Made by a program: the position numbers and the translations under genes. From Phoronis australis (Eukaryota > Animalia > Phoronida): a DNA stretch of 64,000 bases. Shown here piece after piece: positions 50,530-63,589 of the stretch; position 1 is the stretch's first letter, and the number at the start of each line of letters is the position of its first letter. The DNA lies in the NCBI GenBank assembly GCA_002633005.1, contig NMRA01000875.1, positions 1 through 64,000 on the forward strand, given 5' to 3'. Below the pieces are notes generated by a model. The model was not told the DNA's origin and searched no databases. It was given only the letters and a program-made list of their open reading frames with translations.

Positions 50530-51913
50530 TCATGAGATACAACTTGACCTAACTGCATGCAAAGTTTTGTCTTGCGCAATGAGCCGAGTCTATTTGCAAA
50601 GCGAATATCTGAAATAAAACAACGAACATCTAATCAAAATTTGTCGATAGTCATATTGCTGTTAATTGAAAGTAGACTGGGCGGTCTGCTACACCGTTTC
50701 ATTAGTTTACTGTACAGGCAAACACTGGGTGAAAACGGGGGTTGGCTATCTCGTCATGTTGAACATGCTGATCACAAAAAAAAACGACTGAACGAAGTCT
50801 GATTAGGTTGTTTTTAACGCAAACCAATGCATACCTCTTCAACTGTAATTTAATACAAATCCGCGGATGAAGCCCTTCTTATTTGGTTAGGACTGTAATG
50901 GAAAACACGAGGCACATCCTGAATGCAGCGTCCACTTTCTAGAAAGATAGCTGGTGAGTACCCCGACCCGAGCTCCCCTGAGCTTGACGCGATCTAAACC
51001 AAATAAATGCTACATACAAAAATATCGGCATACAATAAAGGTGACCCTGTAATGTTACATGTATGTACTGTGACTCCGTTTTAGTTTGGAAACTTATTGG
51101 GTATAGATGGCAGAACGAAATTAACTTGAGGTCAACTGACCGGGTCAAAGTACACGATATACTAAAATGAGGAAAATCCACCTCTTATGGCGCACAGCAT
51201 GTTAAATATATGAAGAAAATGCTGAATCAACTGATCTTTGATTTCTTTTGTGATCTAATAATGTTAAGAATAAAAGATACATAAAGAGTGGAATCAAATA
51301 TTTTGGTTCCCAAAATCTCAATAAGCGAAGTCACCATAGTTCGGTGTTATTTGTGATTAGGGATGTGGGTAGTCAGAACAGCTTACAAAGTGTATTATAA
51401 GGACTGTGTGTCTGTAGTCTGCACATGCTACATAGAGGACGATCATCGTACTCATTGTTCTATTATTTACATCTGATGTAGTTATTGCAATTAAGTAAAT
51501 TTTAACTGAAATGTAAGGTATTGGACCACGATGTACCAAAATCTCAATAAGTGAAGTTGCAGTATTAAGTGTACATCTTACATGAAAATATTGTACTTAG
51601 AAGAATATTTGTACCTATGTCTTATACGGTGGGTTATTGCAATTAAAACTTCAATTTATATTTAAATTCATTATGCTTCATTATACATGTATGCGCGAGA
51701 CATATTGGGTAGCACAAGCGTTCCCTAATTTGAACGATATGTGCACGGGCTTAAAATACTTGGAGCCCTTCTAATTAAATTTGAATCCCCTTCAATTAAT
51801 TCCCAAGGTCTCCATAGAATTTGCCTTTGTACAAATAACGTCATTCCGCCAATGGAATCTCTCGTGCATCTTGCTTGCATTGGCTTTTGACCTTGTTCGT
51901 TGTGTAGTGTTAA

Positions 51914-53711
51914 AGGAGAATGCTATCCAAAAACAACCTAGTTTGTATCACTCCAGATCGAGTAGTTCCACTCGAAAACACCAAGTACAGCTCTTTTACC
52001 TGACACCTGACGGCAGTCGAAGGTGTTGAAATTAACCAATGACGTCAGAGGCTCGAATGCAGTTTGTTCAGCAGTTCACAACACGCTTACTGGTGTCAGC
52101 TAATCCCTTGAATTCATCGTTTTATACCAATAAATCAAATACATCGAGTTATCGAAACACGTATTATTCTATTTTGCTGTTAAGGATTTTTAGGTATTTG
52201 AAAATACCGTAGCCTAAAATAAAGTTCGGTAGGTCAATTTACAAGGTCTGTCGGTGACAAATTCAAATTATTCGTCCGTAAACTACAGACAGGAGAACAT
52301 AGCTTTGTGTTGCAATTTTAGACTTGCGAATATTTTCAGTTCAAAACACACAATACGCTTGCTATCCCGGCCAGTGACATAGAACCCGATCAGGCCTATC
52401 GCGGCCGTACTGAAGACGTCACGAACATAAACCAGCCAAAGTTGGGAACTAAACTTCCAGTCACGAAAAGATTACATGTATACTAGTGAGCCAAAGAAAA
52501 ATGTGCACGTGATTTTTTTGGAGAATTAGCCGCAAAATTGCAAATCTATTTACCAGCTCGTCGGGGGCCGCGGAGTCAGGTTACCCTTCTGCAGAACCGT
52601 TGAGGCCATTACGGCGTTTTCCCTTTGCTACCAACTTGTTCGATTCCATAGCCCAACAACAAGTTGGGAAGATCACACCTGTAGCCAATATCTAACACGA
52701 CTGATTTAGTTCCATTCTGTCATTTATGGTTGGAGGGCCGGCTCGCTTTTGTTTCAGGTCTAATATAAGCATTGGTTAGGGTGAGAATAAGTCATTACGA
52801 AACAGAACGCACAAATAAATGACAACGTGGCAACTCGCAATCTCGACTTAGGCGAGTGCTCATCTAACGAAGACTTCACAGGTCGCCGACTGTTAGGTTT
52901 CACAGGCTATCAGTTCGAGCTGCAATACACAGATCAAAAAATAACAGAGAGGCACCGTGAACGTGCACAGAAAACGGAACATGTGGATAGTTCCGAAAAC
53001 CGTTTGAATGAGTAGTCATGGTGTCAGTGAGCTAACTGCACGATAATGGAAACTACTGACGCTTGCGTTTGCTGGCACGGAGTTCTGCAAATGAAACGCC
53101 TTCCTGGAGAAGCGCAGATGTGTCTCATGGACAATCTTGATTTAGCATCTCTTCTAAACAGAGGTGTACTTACGATGTTTACTGGGCTGAGAAAAGAATA
53201 AGCGAAAACATCTTACATCAAGAGGACCAAACATAAGCCTCACGAACGAGTCAGTCATCAAACAGTTTATATAAAACGTTGTATTCTCACGCCTTGAGTT
53301 AAGTTTGTTTATGTTTTCGAGGCCAACTACAATTCTCCACAGTCAAAAACTGATCAATCAATCCGACGAAATGCAGGCCACTGACAGACACGGAGAAAGT
53401 TCAAGCCCTCATACTTGGTATTAACGACCTTCTTTTCATTCTTCACTACCGCGAGCCACTTCCGAAGCATTATAGGCTCTCGAGGAAATCGAAATAACGA
53501 TATATCCGCTTTCCCCGTAGCTTCATAGTTCGCACAACACCACAGCGGCACTCTGCAGAAGAACCACTAACGTCGCTGCGTCGTTTCTCACCTTCCTCAA
53601 GGGTTAACGCGACACCTCTAGGTGAGGTAAGATCGACCGTATACGACTTGATGTGGATATAGACCGATTAAGACGGTAAAAGGGAGTAATTAAATCGGGT
53701 GGCATTCTCCT
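51914..53711 (-). mobile_element. Non-autonomous Kolobok-like element
   Basis: TTAA|AGGAGAATGC...GCATTCTCCT|TTAA. THAP remnant on minus (53354-53551). Cys-rich ORF2 remnant on plus (52827-53200). Confidence 0.85.
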
Positions 53712-54290
53712 TTAACTTAACTGGGAAAGCCTAGCCTTGATTTCAGCAAATGTCTCCCAGACACTGCATGTCGGCAAGAATCATGTTGTTTCATAGCTCT
53801 TGTCAAAGCTAATAACTTCAAGAAGTCTATTCAAAGGAAAAACGAGTGGTTTGTGTTCCAAAGGTCAAGGACCACAGAAATATGTCCAAATTTAGGTTCA
53901 GATATTTATGACCCCAGAAAAAAACTTCGGAACGCCATGGCTGATCGTATTCAAATGAAACTTCCTTATACTATCCTTTATGCATGTACTGTTCTCCGCA
54001 ACCTTGTTAGGGATTACTTTTTTAAATATTCTCGTTTTGCGCGAGGATCTATATAAAATAAGACTCATGATTTTCATTAAAAAAGTAAAAACTTGAATAA
54101 AATTTGCATTTTTAAAACATGTCCGGGATTTATCCCTAGGACAAGTTCGTCCATGTTGCTCCTGTAAAACTGCACGTCGCCGCTGTTGGGTGTCAATGTT
54201 GAATACCTAAACGAAGTGCTTTGGGGTTAAAACCATCGCTACGATCTCCCACCTAGCAATAATCTCGAATAAGCCGCGGCAAAACTTTAA

Positions 54291-55878
54291 AGGAGAATGC
54301 CGGCCAAAAATAACCTGGTTTGTATCAGTTTACATAGAGTAGTTCCACTCAATAACATCAAGTTCAATTGTTTCACCTGACACCTGACTGCAGACGGAAA
54401 AGTTATAATTAACCAATGACGTCATAAGTTCAAACGCAGTCTGTTCAGCCATTCACAACACGCTTACTGGTGTCAACATATCGCTTGAATTCATCGTTTT
54501 ACACCAATAAATCATCAAAATTCGATGGAAAACCTTTACAAATACATCGAGTTCTTAAACAAACGTGTTGTTTTATTTCACTGTTACGGATTCACAGGTA
54601 TTTGAACCTACCGGCCGTAGCCTACAGCTAGAGTTCGGTAGGCCAATTTACCATAGTCGATTGCGGGAGTTTGAGTCTGTTTGATGACAAATTCGAATCA
54701 TTTCCGTGAAATACAGACAGAACAACATAGCTGTCTGTTATGCTTATAGACTTGCGATTTTTGTTTAGTTCTAAACACACAAATCCCAGCGAGTGGCTCG
54801 GAACTCGATCAGGCCCGTCGCGGCCGCCGGCAATGGACATCACGAACATAAACCAGCTCAAGTTGGAAACTAAACTGTGACTTGTGAGCCAAAGAAATAA
54901 TTTGCACGTAATTATTTTGGTGAATTAGCCACGTCACTGCAAATCTACTTACTCAAAATTATCGGGGGCCGCGAAGTCATGTTTCCCTTCCACAGAACCG
55001 TCAGGGCAAAAGTCGTGCAGTAACAATGATTTGAATAAGGTATATGTGACCATATCATAAAAAATCGAGTTATTGTTTCACAACAGCTTTCTGTCAGCAA
55101 ACACTGAATGACCACGCGCTCACACGGCGGCTCGGTGCCCAGTCAATTACCGGTACCTTTCTGCATCTAAAGTCGGTAACACAGTGATCTATTCATTGTT
55201 GGCTTCTCAAAACATTTGCACTCACAAATACTTCAAAGGATTACAAATTGTATCTAATGAGACAGACTTTATTTCAGTTTTATATAAGCATTGATTAGGG
55301 TGAGAATAATTCCTTTTGAAACAGAACGCAGAATAATAAACGTCAACATGGCAACTCGTAATCCCGACTTAGATGACAGCTCATCCGACGAAGACTTCAC
55401 AGGTGGATAATAAGGTTCCACATGCTATCAGTTCGAACTGGAATACACTGATAAAGAAATACTTGAGAGGCGCCGTGAACATTCACAGGCAACGGAACGT
55501 ATTCTTTCGCCGCCGGCATACGTCAGAGAAATCACTGTCGACGAAATGCCGGCCACAGACACGGAGATGTTTCACGGCCTCATAGTTGCTATTAACAGCG
55601 TACATTTCATTCTTCACTACCATGAGCCGCTTCCTAAGAATTTCGGGCTCTCGAGGAAGTCGAAAAAATCAAGAAAACCCACTTTCCTCGCACCTTCATA
55701 GTTCGCACAAGCAGGAACGATGCACCGCAACATAGCGGCATTCACTCCGCAGACGAACCAGACGTCGCTCATCTTCCTCACAAGTTAACGCGATCTCGGC
55801 AAGGCAAGGTCAACCGTAGGCGAGGCTATGTGGATATAGAACGATTAAGACGGTAAAAAGGAAATCGGATGGTATTCT
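54291..55878 (-). mobile_element. Third copy of the same Kolobok-like family
   Basis: Starts TTAA|AGGAGAATGC and is colinear with 51914-53711 and, in reverse, with 42166-43834. The right TIR is degenerate and followed by TTAA. Confidence 0.8.
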
Positions 55879-56635
55879 TTAAAGGCATTGAATGCGTTCG
55901 TATGCCACTTTCGAATTCGCAATTTTATGGTTAACCAAGCGCAATAAACTGAGAAGAGTTTTACCCTCTCTGGAGTCTCGGGTGGTTTCGATGTTTTTGG
56001 TGGCAACAGAAACAAAATCTTACTACAGTCAGCAGAAATACAAGCATATTTCAGGAGAGTAAACAGCAATTTGGTTTTCGTTTCTACCAACATAAATTGG
56101 GTGGAAAACAGCTTTAAATCACCTACAATAAAAAGAAACTTTTCTTTGTAGTCGAGAATACAAATTAGATGAAATCAGATATTTGAAGCAGTCTGCCATA
56201 AAGTTTTATTTCAATATATTGTCGACACATATATACTGTACAATAAAATACTATCAAATGTATAAGGCAAACGGCACTTCCAAGACAAGTCTGGCCAGTG
56301 AAGACACCAGCAATTAAACTTGTTCAATTTGCTACTATAAACAAAAAATCAACAAAATTTCAAGAACCGCTAAGATAACTTTCGGTGATACTACAGAATT
56401 CAGTTACCAACTGCATTACACAATAAGATACCTGTACGTTTCAAGAGTACCTAGTTAAAATTGATTACAAATTGTATCAACAAATCGGATGCTCGGATAT
56501 CCTTCAAAGTCACTCTTACAGTTGTTTCCGTTTGTCAGCTGCAATTCAGGCATAATCAAGTGTTATTAAAAATTACCAATTTGGAAACATGAAAATTACT
56601 TCGCTATAACTATGCTGGTTCAACTCCTGGGTAGA

Positions 56636-56750
56636 GTTCAGTAACGTTAAGACCTACGCTAAGACCTCGCTAAAATCTACCCAAAATGACGTGTTTTCGT
56701 TTAAAATACACGGCAATATCTCACGTAATCTCGCTTTTTAGCGAGGTCCT
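56636..56750. repeat. MITE-like repeat (copy 3, reversed)
   Basis: Reverse complement of the 1035-1135 and 15026-15124 core. Confidence 0.65.
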
Positions 56751-56879
56751 GGTCGATGTGCCGACACAGTTGGCTACTGAAACTTCGATGAACCCACCCT
56801 CCGGGTAATAAATCAACCATTGATTTAAATCACACTCCTCAAAATTGTGATAATAAGGCTGGGAAATAACTGGGATTTG

Positions 56880-57002
56880 CTTATTGCTTGAGACGTGGCT
56901 CTATTTGTTGACGTGACATGGCATGTCATGTTATTGCTGAGACGTGGCTCTGTTTGTTGACGTAACATGGCATGTCATGTTATCGCTTGAGACGATGCTC
57001 TG
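56880..57002. repeat. ~50-bp tandem repeat, about 2.5 copies
   Basis: Unit ttattgcttgagacgtggctctatttgttgacgtgacatggcatgtcatg. Confidence 0.75.
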
Positions 57003-58368
57003 CATGCTGACTAGTCACCGTGCGTCATATTATTCGCTGAGCATTATCTCTGGCAGTTATGCCAGACCGACAATCACTTCGCATTTGAGTAAGGAACAAG
57101 TTGAGACTAATTTCTAGGAATAAGTGGCCTAAATCAAAATTGAGATTTACCATATTGGTTTACGAAACAAATACAATTCGCTTACGGAATATGGAGTTAC
57201 TTTTACACAGCAATTAGCTGCTTAAAACGAGGCTCTGCCAAGTTACAACAAGAACGAAACTTCAGAGGTGAAATTGAAGGGCAATCTCACTGCACCCTAT
57301 TCAATTTGCACCACAGCGACATCTGGTGCCGCTATGAAGCAAAAGAACAAAAAGGCAGTAAACAATCTGACTATTATTCTTGGAATTTCTTCTATTAACA
57401 AAATATGACACATAAAAACCCCCCGAGACGGAGCTTAACCCGCTAAATACAGACTCAAAGTACTCTTTTTCGCTCATCTGCCACGCTTGTCCGAGACTTC
57501 CACAGTACCTAGACCTAAGCAGGTAGATGCCCCGCCATCTAGCGTTTAGGCCGGGAACCAGCCAGGCCCCAATGAACTAACATGTAACTCCATGTAATAT
57601 TCGGGCGCAGTACCAGCATTACGTCTACGTTCACCTTTAGCTATCAGGGCTATATCTTCCCAAGACTTGTTCAAGGAACACATTGAGTATTTTAAGCAAC
57701 AAGTGGTCTATTTGAAGTGCTAGTGATCTGGACATCAAAAATCACCAGGAGTGAGGTATATGGGGCTTTCATGAGAACATAGGTCAAATGGTTTCCTTGG
57801 TAACTACATATTTTTACCACTGTAAAAAACTCTATTTACCTACAACCAGAAATTCAATAACAATTTGTAAAAAGCATGATCCCAACAGCTTCTAGACAAC
57901 TAGCTAAGAAAGCATCCTTTTAACTTTTGCCTTGATCCAATCAACCAATGAAGACAAAATCAAGCATGTTTTGCATTACCAAATGCCAACAGCTAATAGA
58001 AAGTCAATTAACAGGTAAAACACTACATGCTGCAATGATCATTCAGCGAGATCTTGAGTAATGGCAGCCCTGCCCTTAGAAAGAACCTCCACTTCGCAAG
58101 AGCATGAACTGTGAATTACAAATAATAGACACAACCTCTGTTTTAGACATGAGAACTTCAGTCTTCAAGCAAAACTTAAAGTTAGGTAGTACAGTCACCG
58201 AGATTTTCATTTTTGGAAATGGGATTAGATGCACACCATCAATTCTTGAGAAACTATAGAGTAGTCAGCCGCACGTTCAGCCAATAAGGAACAATTCCTA
58301 GTGAAGAGTGCAAATATTCTGTCACATCCGGCCAGGTCACCGACCATGGCAATAGCATTGAAAGACAG

Positions 58369-58427
58369 CTATGTGTCCATCCCAGGGAGTTCAGGTACAA
58401 AGTTTTCGATCTCTTGGTAAACCATTT
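58369..58427 (-). CDS. MAPK14: p38 MAPK last coding exon
   Basis: (E)MVYQEIENFVPELPGMDT*; CAG acceptor; phase 1 matches the previous exon. Confidence 0.85.
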
Positions 58428-58977
58428 CTGAAACAAAGGAAGGAATGAAACTTCGCATTAACGCAGTTACATAGATATCTTAAAACGTCAATTAAGCGAA
58501 ATCACAGAAATCGCACCTGGGTTCACCACTGCCGAACATTTATCAGTCCCTCAACAATGTTTTGTCTCATTAGAACTGTGAATATTTAAATTAGTAGCAA
58601 GCACCAACAAGTGACTTCCCGGAGAACAGTGTGAACAAGGATAATTAGGAAAAGAAACAATCTATATAATGAAAACTATAATTTCGGACCCAGATGTTGA
58701 CCGTGCAACTGCCGTTTGAAAACTTCAGATTAGTTAAATGAACTATAGAGTGCGCCACATTTCAAAATGCATGTAAATTTGATTATTCTTCCTTTATCGC
58801 ACCAAAAGCAACTCGAGAACAGCTATTGAGTGTGGCTATGTCTCGAAAGCACTTATATTTGGTGGCTGCTGTCTTAAGAATTAGTTGAGAGGGGACAATT
58901 TGGGGTAAACATTTCTAAGTAGTACGAATAAATAATATTACAAGGGCAATTTAATAACACTGGTTCGTATTAATTAA

Positions 58978-60164
58978 AACAAGAGCAACGCAGAGCGTTG
59001 AAATGCGCCCACAATTGCATCGTATACGGTATCCTTCTAGGGTTGTTTATTGGTACCATAAAGTGGCCAGTAGAGGGCACATATGTAGTATGTTGTACTT
59101 TGCAAAATGGAAAGGCATGATCATTGTCTCCTCAATAGGCTAGGGGCAAAATGTGAGTGATCTTCATAATACAAGCACATCCTATACATCAGTTGCTTAA
59201 AGCACCACAGAAACATAGAATTAAAAACAAATTTACCAACATACGAGATTAGCACAGCATTAGAATGCCAGAAACAAATTTCTACTTGGAACTTTTTCTT
59301 CATAGTCACGAAGTAACACAAAGTATACACCTGAAGACCTATGAAAATACAGAGGTCAATGTAAAATACTTAAATTGCCACTAGAGGCATACCGGTAGTC
59401 AGAATCATCCTGAAGTTGTCATCGTCCGTTGTCAACATCACATAAATACACTTGCTAAATTTAGTAAAGATCCTGCAAACGGTTAGGGAGATACAGCCAT
59501 GGGTGCAAAAAAAACTGCCACTCGGAGGCGCCACAGTAATCAAAGTCATGGGAAATTCAGCGTCAACCGTCCTCTTCATAGTAAGCACATACATGCTAAT
59601 TTTCACAATCATCCTTTGAGCGGTACAGATACAGCCATAGGTGAAAAACAAAACAAAACTGCCACTAGGAGGCGCCACAGTAGTCAAAATCGTCGGAAAG
59701 TCATCGTCCACCGTCCTCTACATAGTAAGCATATACATGCCAATTTTCACAATCATCCTTTGAGCGGTTTGGTTGATAGAGGGGTGGACGCAAAAATACA
59801 GACTCGAAAACACTAAAAATGGCCACTAGGTGGCGCAAACTATGTCGAATCCATCTGAAAACGGGAGGCTAGCGTCATCTCACTAATAGGTGCCTACATA
59901 CCAAATTTCATCAAAATCTGTTCAGGACTTTTGAAGATACAAAGGTAAGCGTAAAAAACTAAAATTGCCACTAGGGGGTACACCGGTAGTCGGATCCGTC
60001 CGAAAGTTCGCACATGCCGTCCCATTCATGAATGGAACATATGTGCTAAATTTCATGAACGTATGTCAAAGGCTTTTGGAGATAGAGCAGCGGACGCCGC
60101 CCGGACGGACGGATGGAGATGACGGCATAATGCGTCCACATATAAATGTGTGGGCGCATAAAAA
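58978..60164 (-). mobile_element. HINE/DINE-like non-autonomous Helentron in the last p38 intron
   Basis: AACAAGAG end with a CAACGC-aga-GCGTTG hairpin, sub-TIR ATGCGCCC/GGGCGCAT, (GACG)n microsatellite, terminal hairpin plus A-run, and internal ~145-bp tandem units. Confidence 0.75.
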
Positions 60165-60302
60165 TCTTTCCACAGAAACCAGGTTAATTATTATGAGCCT
60201 AAATAACTGAGACATTTAAGAAAAATTTAAATGATTTGATTCAAAAAGAGATATACGAGCCAAACCAAGTGCAAGCATATATGATTATAGGAGATGCCTC
60301 AC

Positions 60303-60476
60303 CCCTCCACTCGGCCGCATTCTTCTTCAGCTCCTCGTATGATTGGTCAAATGGCTCGCCAGTGGGTTCATCTAATGGGTCTGCATACTTTTCCAAATAT
60401 GGGTGGGCCAGCGCTTCCTCTGCCGTGATACGACAGTCGCCATCTAGTGTCAGCATCTTGTCCAACAAGTTCAATG
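60303..60476 (-). CDS. MAPK14: p38 MAPK exon (174 nt)
   Basis: (A)[37 protein letters not shown]...EWR; AG/GT boundaries. Confidence 0.92.
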
Positions 60477-60729
60477 CTGAAAAGCAATGAAAAGTGTTAG
60501 AAAATGGCGGAGTAACCAAAATGGGGGAGGAAATTCTTGACAATCAATCAGGTTTATTAGTCCGGTTGCTAACTACAGTTGATGTAGAGAATAAGAATCT
60601 TTCAGTTATTGGTGGATGTGATGCCAGCCAAACGCAGTTTACTTTCGAGCAATGGCAGTTACCCAGTCCTATGCGTGAGTTCACAGAAGCAATGCAAAGT
60701 GTTTTGACTCCATTACATTCAGTACTCAC

Positions 60730-60808
60730 CCAATGTGTTGGCTCCAATGAAGAATGCTTTGAGATCCTTCTTGGGCATTTCAGGCATACTAGCCACATAG
60801 TTGCGAGC
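60730..60808 (-). CDS. MAPK14: p38 MAPK exon (79 nt)
   Basis: ARNYVASMPEMPKKDLKAFFIGANTL; TAG acceptor and GTGAGT donor. Confidence 0.9.
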
Positions 60809-61440
60809 CTATGGGATCACACAGGCAATGTGTTAAAAGCAAGTTTTAGTAATTGAAAGGGAGAACAGTAAAATAAAGTGGTTTGGAATGTCAGGTTCGA
60901 GTTTAAATTTTGTGTTGGATGAGAGACTATGACCTGTGAACTTCTCGTCCCTTACCGCCTAGCCTTCAGTCTTGGCTTGAGAATGAGAGAAAGGAAGAGT
61001 ATGTGGTGAGAATGTGTTGGTAACCGTGGTGTGGAAACTGATGCTCAGCACAGGTGAGAATGTGATGGTAACCCTAGTAGGGAACTCGTGCTCACCACAG
61101 GTGAGGTTATTCTTGCAAAAAGCTTTTGGGATTTCTGAGCCTGCTTCCCAAACACGCGATGACTGCAGGCAATGTTCATTGAATGCCCAACCATTACTTC
61201 CAACAACTACAATATCTTCTCACACCCTCTATTAGTTTAACACTTTCAGTCAACAGACCACTTTAAAATTTGCTTTTACAAACAGACACAGAATTCAAGC
61301 CACAGAGTAAATGAATAATGCAGGAAAATACATAATTAACATCTATTAAATCACTGTATTTCCTGACCTAGTCACAAGCAGCAACAATGTCTCATTAAAC
61401 CCTATTAGCGTACTTCAAGCTCCGCACGACCAAAACTTAC

Positions 61441-61592
61441 CTGATCACTCGTTATTTTTGCCAGGTAATCTTGACCAGGGGTCCCCACTAACTTCATGAT
61501 ACGGGTCAGCTGGTCAATGTGGTCGTCGCCGGGGAACAAAGGTTTACGGGTCATAAGTTCGGCCATGATACAACCTACTGACCAGATGTCAA
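61441..61592 (-). CDS. MAPK14: p38 MAPK exon (152 nt)
   Basis: (V)[50 protein letters not shown]; CAG acceptor and GTAAGT donor. Confidence 0.93.
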
Positions 61593-62014
61593 CTGCGGAA
61601 TGGCAAAAACGAAGCATTTTCATCTCCACAAAGGCTGTTTTGTCCGACTCAATGTCATTTTATCAACATATTTTTACAAATTAATGAGACAGAAATAAAA
61701 ACTATAGTAACAAAAAGCTTTCACCAGTGCTGTAACTCAAAACTTTGTGAAAACTCATCAAATGACTGTGTAGTTTCAACTCAAACAATTTGAAACCAAC
61801 CTCTTAAGGTAAAATACAAGGAGACTGAAAGTTTAATGAAAAATCTCAGTTTCTAGGTTTGACGGACGTTATGGCGACTTACTACTTGATCCAGTTGCAG
61901 TTCATAGCTGTTAATAAATGAAAATGATGTGTGCAGAGTCTGAGCTTGGCATTCAGGTAGTCGTCTAAGAGAATGGCTGGTAATGTCAAAAACTTCTAAC
62001 TTTCCACATGCTTA

Positions 62015-62143
<129 letters not shown>

Positions 62144-63321
62144 CTATGAGTTAGATGGAAGCACAGCAAAATTAGCAATAACACTTATAACTGAAAGTAT
62201 GAAATGATCATCACAGCGTCTGTTTGCGTGATCACATCACATTTATTTGCAAGTCGGACAAGATTGCTGCACCAACCAGGTAAAATTCCCAGGTCACCAA
62301 ACCTCACTGGCAAGAGCCAAAAATGAAATAACTGAAGTGAAAAGCCGGTGAACTTCTGCTATGTACCCGAGTTCCCTCGCACGGCGTTTTTCACATTTTC
62401 TTGCATTTTTCGTTTCTTTTTGCTTGAAGGAAAAAATAGAGGTGCTTCACACGCAATGTCATGCCAATTGACCCCCATTTGGGCCTATCGGGCCCAATAC
62501 CTGCACACTCTCGCATCCTGAGGCCAAATGGTTTCGACTTCCCTCGGCTTATTCTAACCAGTGATATTTTACATGCTGTGTTCTACAATGTGGCATGACA
62601 TGATGACTTTGTGGTGACCAGGGTTGTTACCAATTTGAGCAAACAAAAAAAATCTGAGGTCAAGTTTGTCAGGATGACACAGTATTGTTTAGATAGACGA
62701 CAAATCTCAGTCTATTCATTATCTATTAGCAAGCTGGATTTCAGTGTAGAACCAACTTCACAGTGAGTAGATAAATCTTGATAACATCTCAACTGAAATA
62801 CACCATTGAGATGGATGCAGAGATCAGACACAATGTTTGAATATAGGCGGATATGTCCAAGTCTTGGCCTCAGAGCATACAATCACTTCTAAGTAGACAA
62901 AAATCAGCAAAATTTTCAAGCACTAATTTTGACTGATTTCCCAAATGGCTTTTTCATCAGTTTTTCTTCCAGGTTTCACAACTTTAACAGGCCAATTTTA
63001 CCAACTTGCTCTGAAGAGTTGCAAGAATCTGCTCCACAGATGGGCTAAAACTCATGCATTGCTTTATTTTAATGCAATGCACAAAGACACATGCCAGTCT
63101 GGATGAAATAAAGACAGTTTCGCATGCAGGCGCAGGGATGGTGCACCAATCCTATACAACCAAACCCATCCCGACTATCGATTTTGCAGAAATAGTACAA
63201 ACCAGAAAATTGGTGGGTCACAAAAATCCAACCATTTTGGCACAACATGCCCCCCCACCCCTCAAAAATTCAAATGAAGCACGTTTTTGTATAATCCATC
63301 ATAGTGTAAGCATCCACATAC

Positions 63322-63369
63322 CTTCAGTTCACAATCCTCGTTAACTGCAATATTGCTGGGTTTTAAATC
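63322..63369 (-). CDS. MAPK14: p38 MAPK exon (48 nt); the 5' exons lie beyond the window
   Basis: DLKPSNIAVNEDCELK; CAG acceptor and GTATGT donor. Confidence 0.93.
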
Positions 63370-63589
63370 CTGGAAAAATATAATACTAAATGTAAAACAG
63401 AGAAATGTGAAGAGAATAAAAACCTGACATATTTCATAAGACCAACACAGAGCATTTAAATGCCCCCACGAATGCACCGCAAAAAGGGTGCTTCTAGGGT
63501 TGTTTATTTCTATCATTAAAATGGCCGCTGAATTGCGCAAAAACATCCAATCCATCCTTCAACGAGAACGTGCCATCCCTTCTTTAATA

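Noticed and set aside
56880-57002. Repeat-like array considered as CRISPR
   Set aside because: It has no unique spacers and the context is eukaryotic; it is a simple tandem repeat.
61005-61162. Possible mutually exclusive p38 exon ending LFARITSPV|GTGAG
   Set aside because: The donor-like text belongs to a local ~47-bp tandem duplication, and the upstream part does not resemble the kinase exon or fit its phase.
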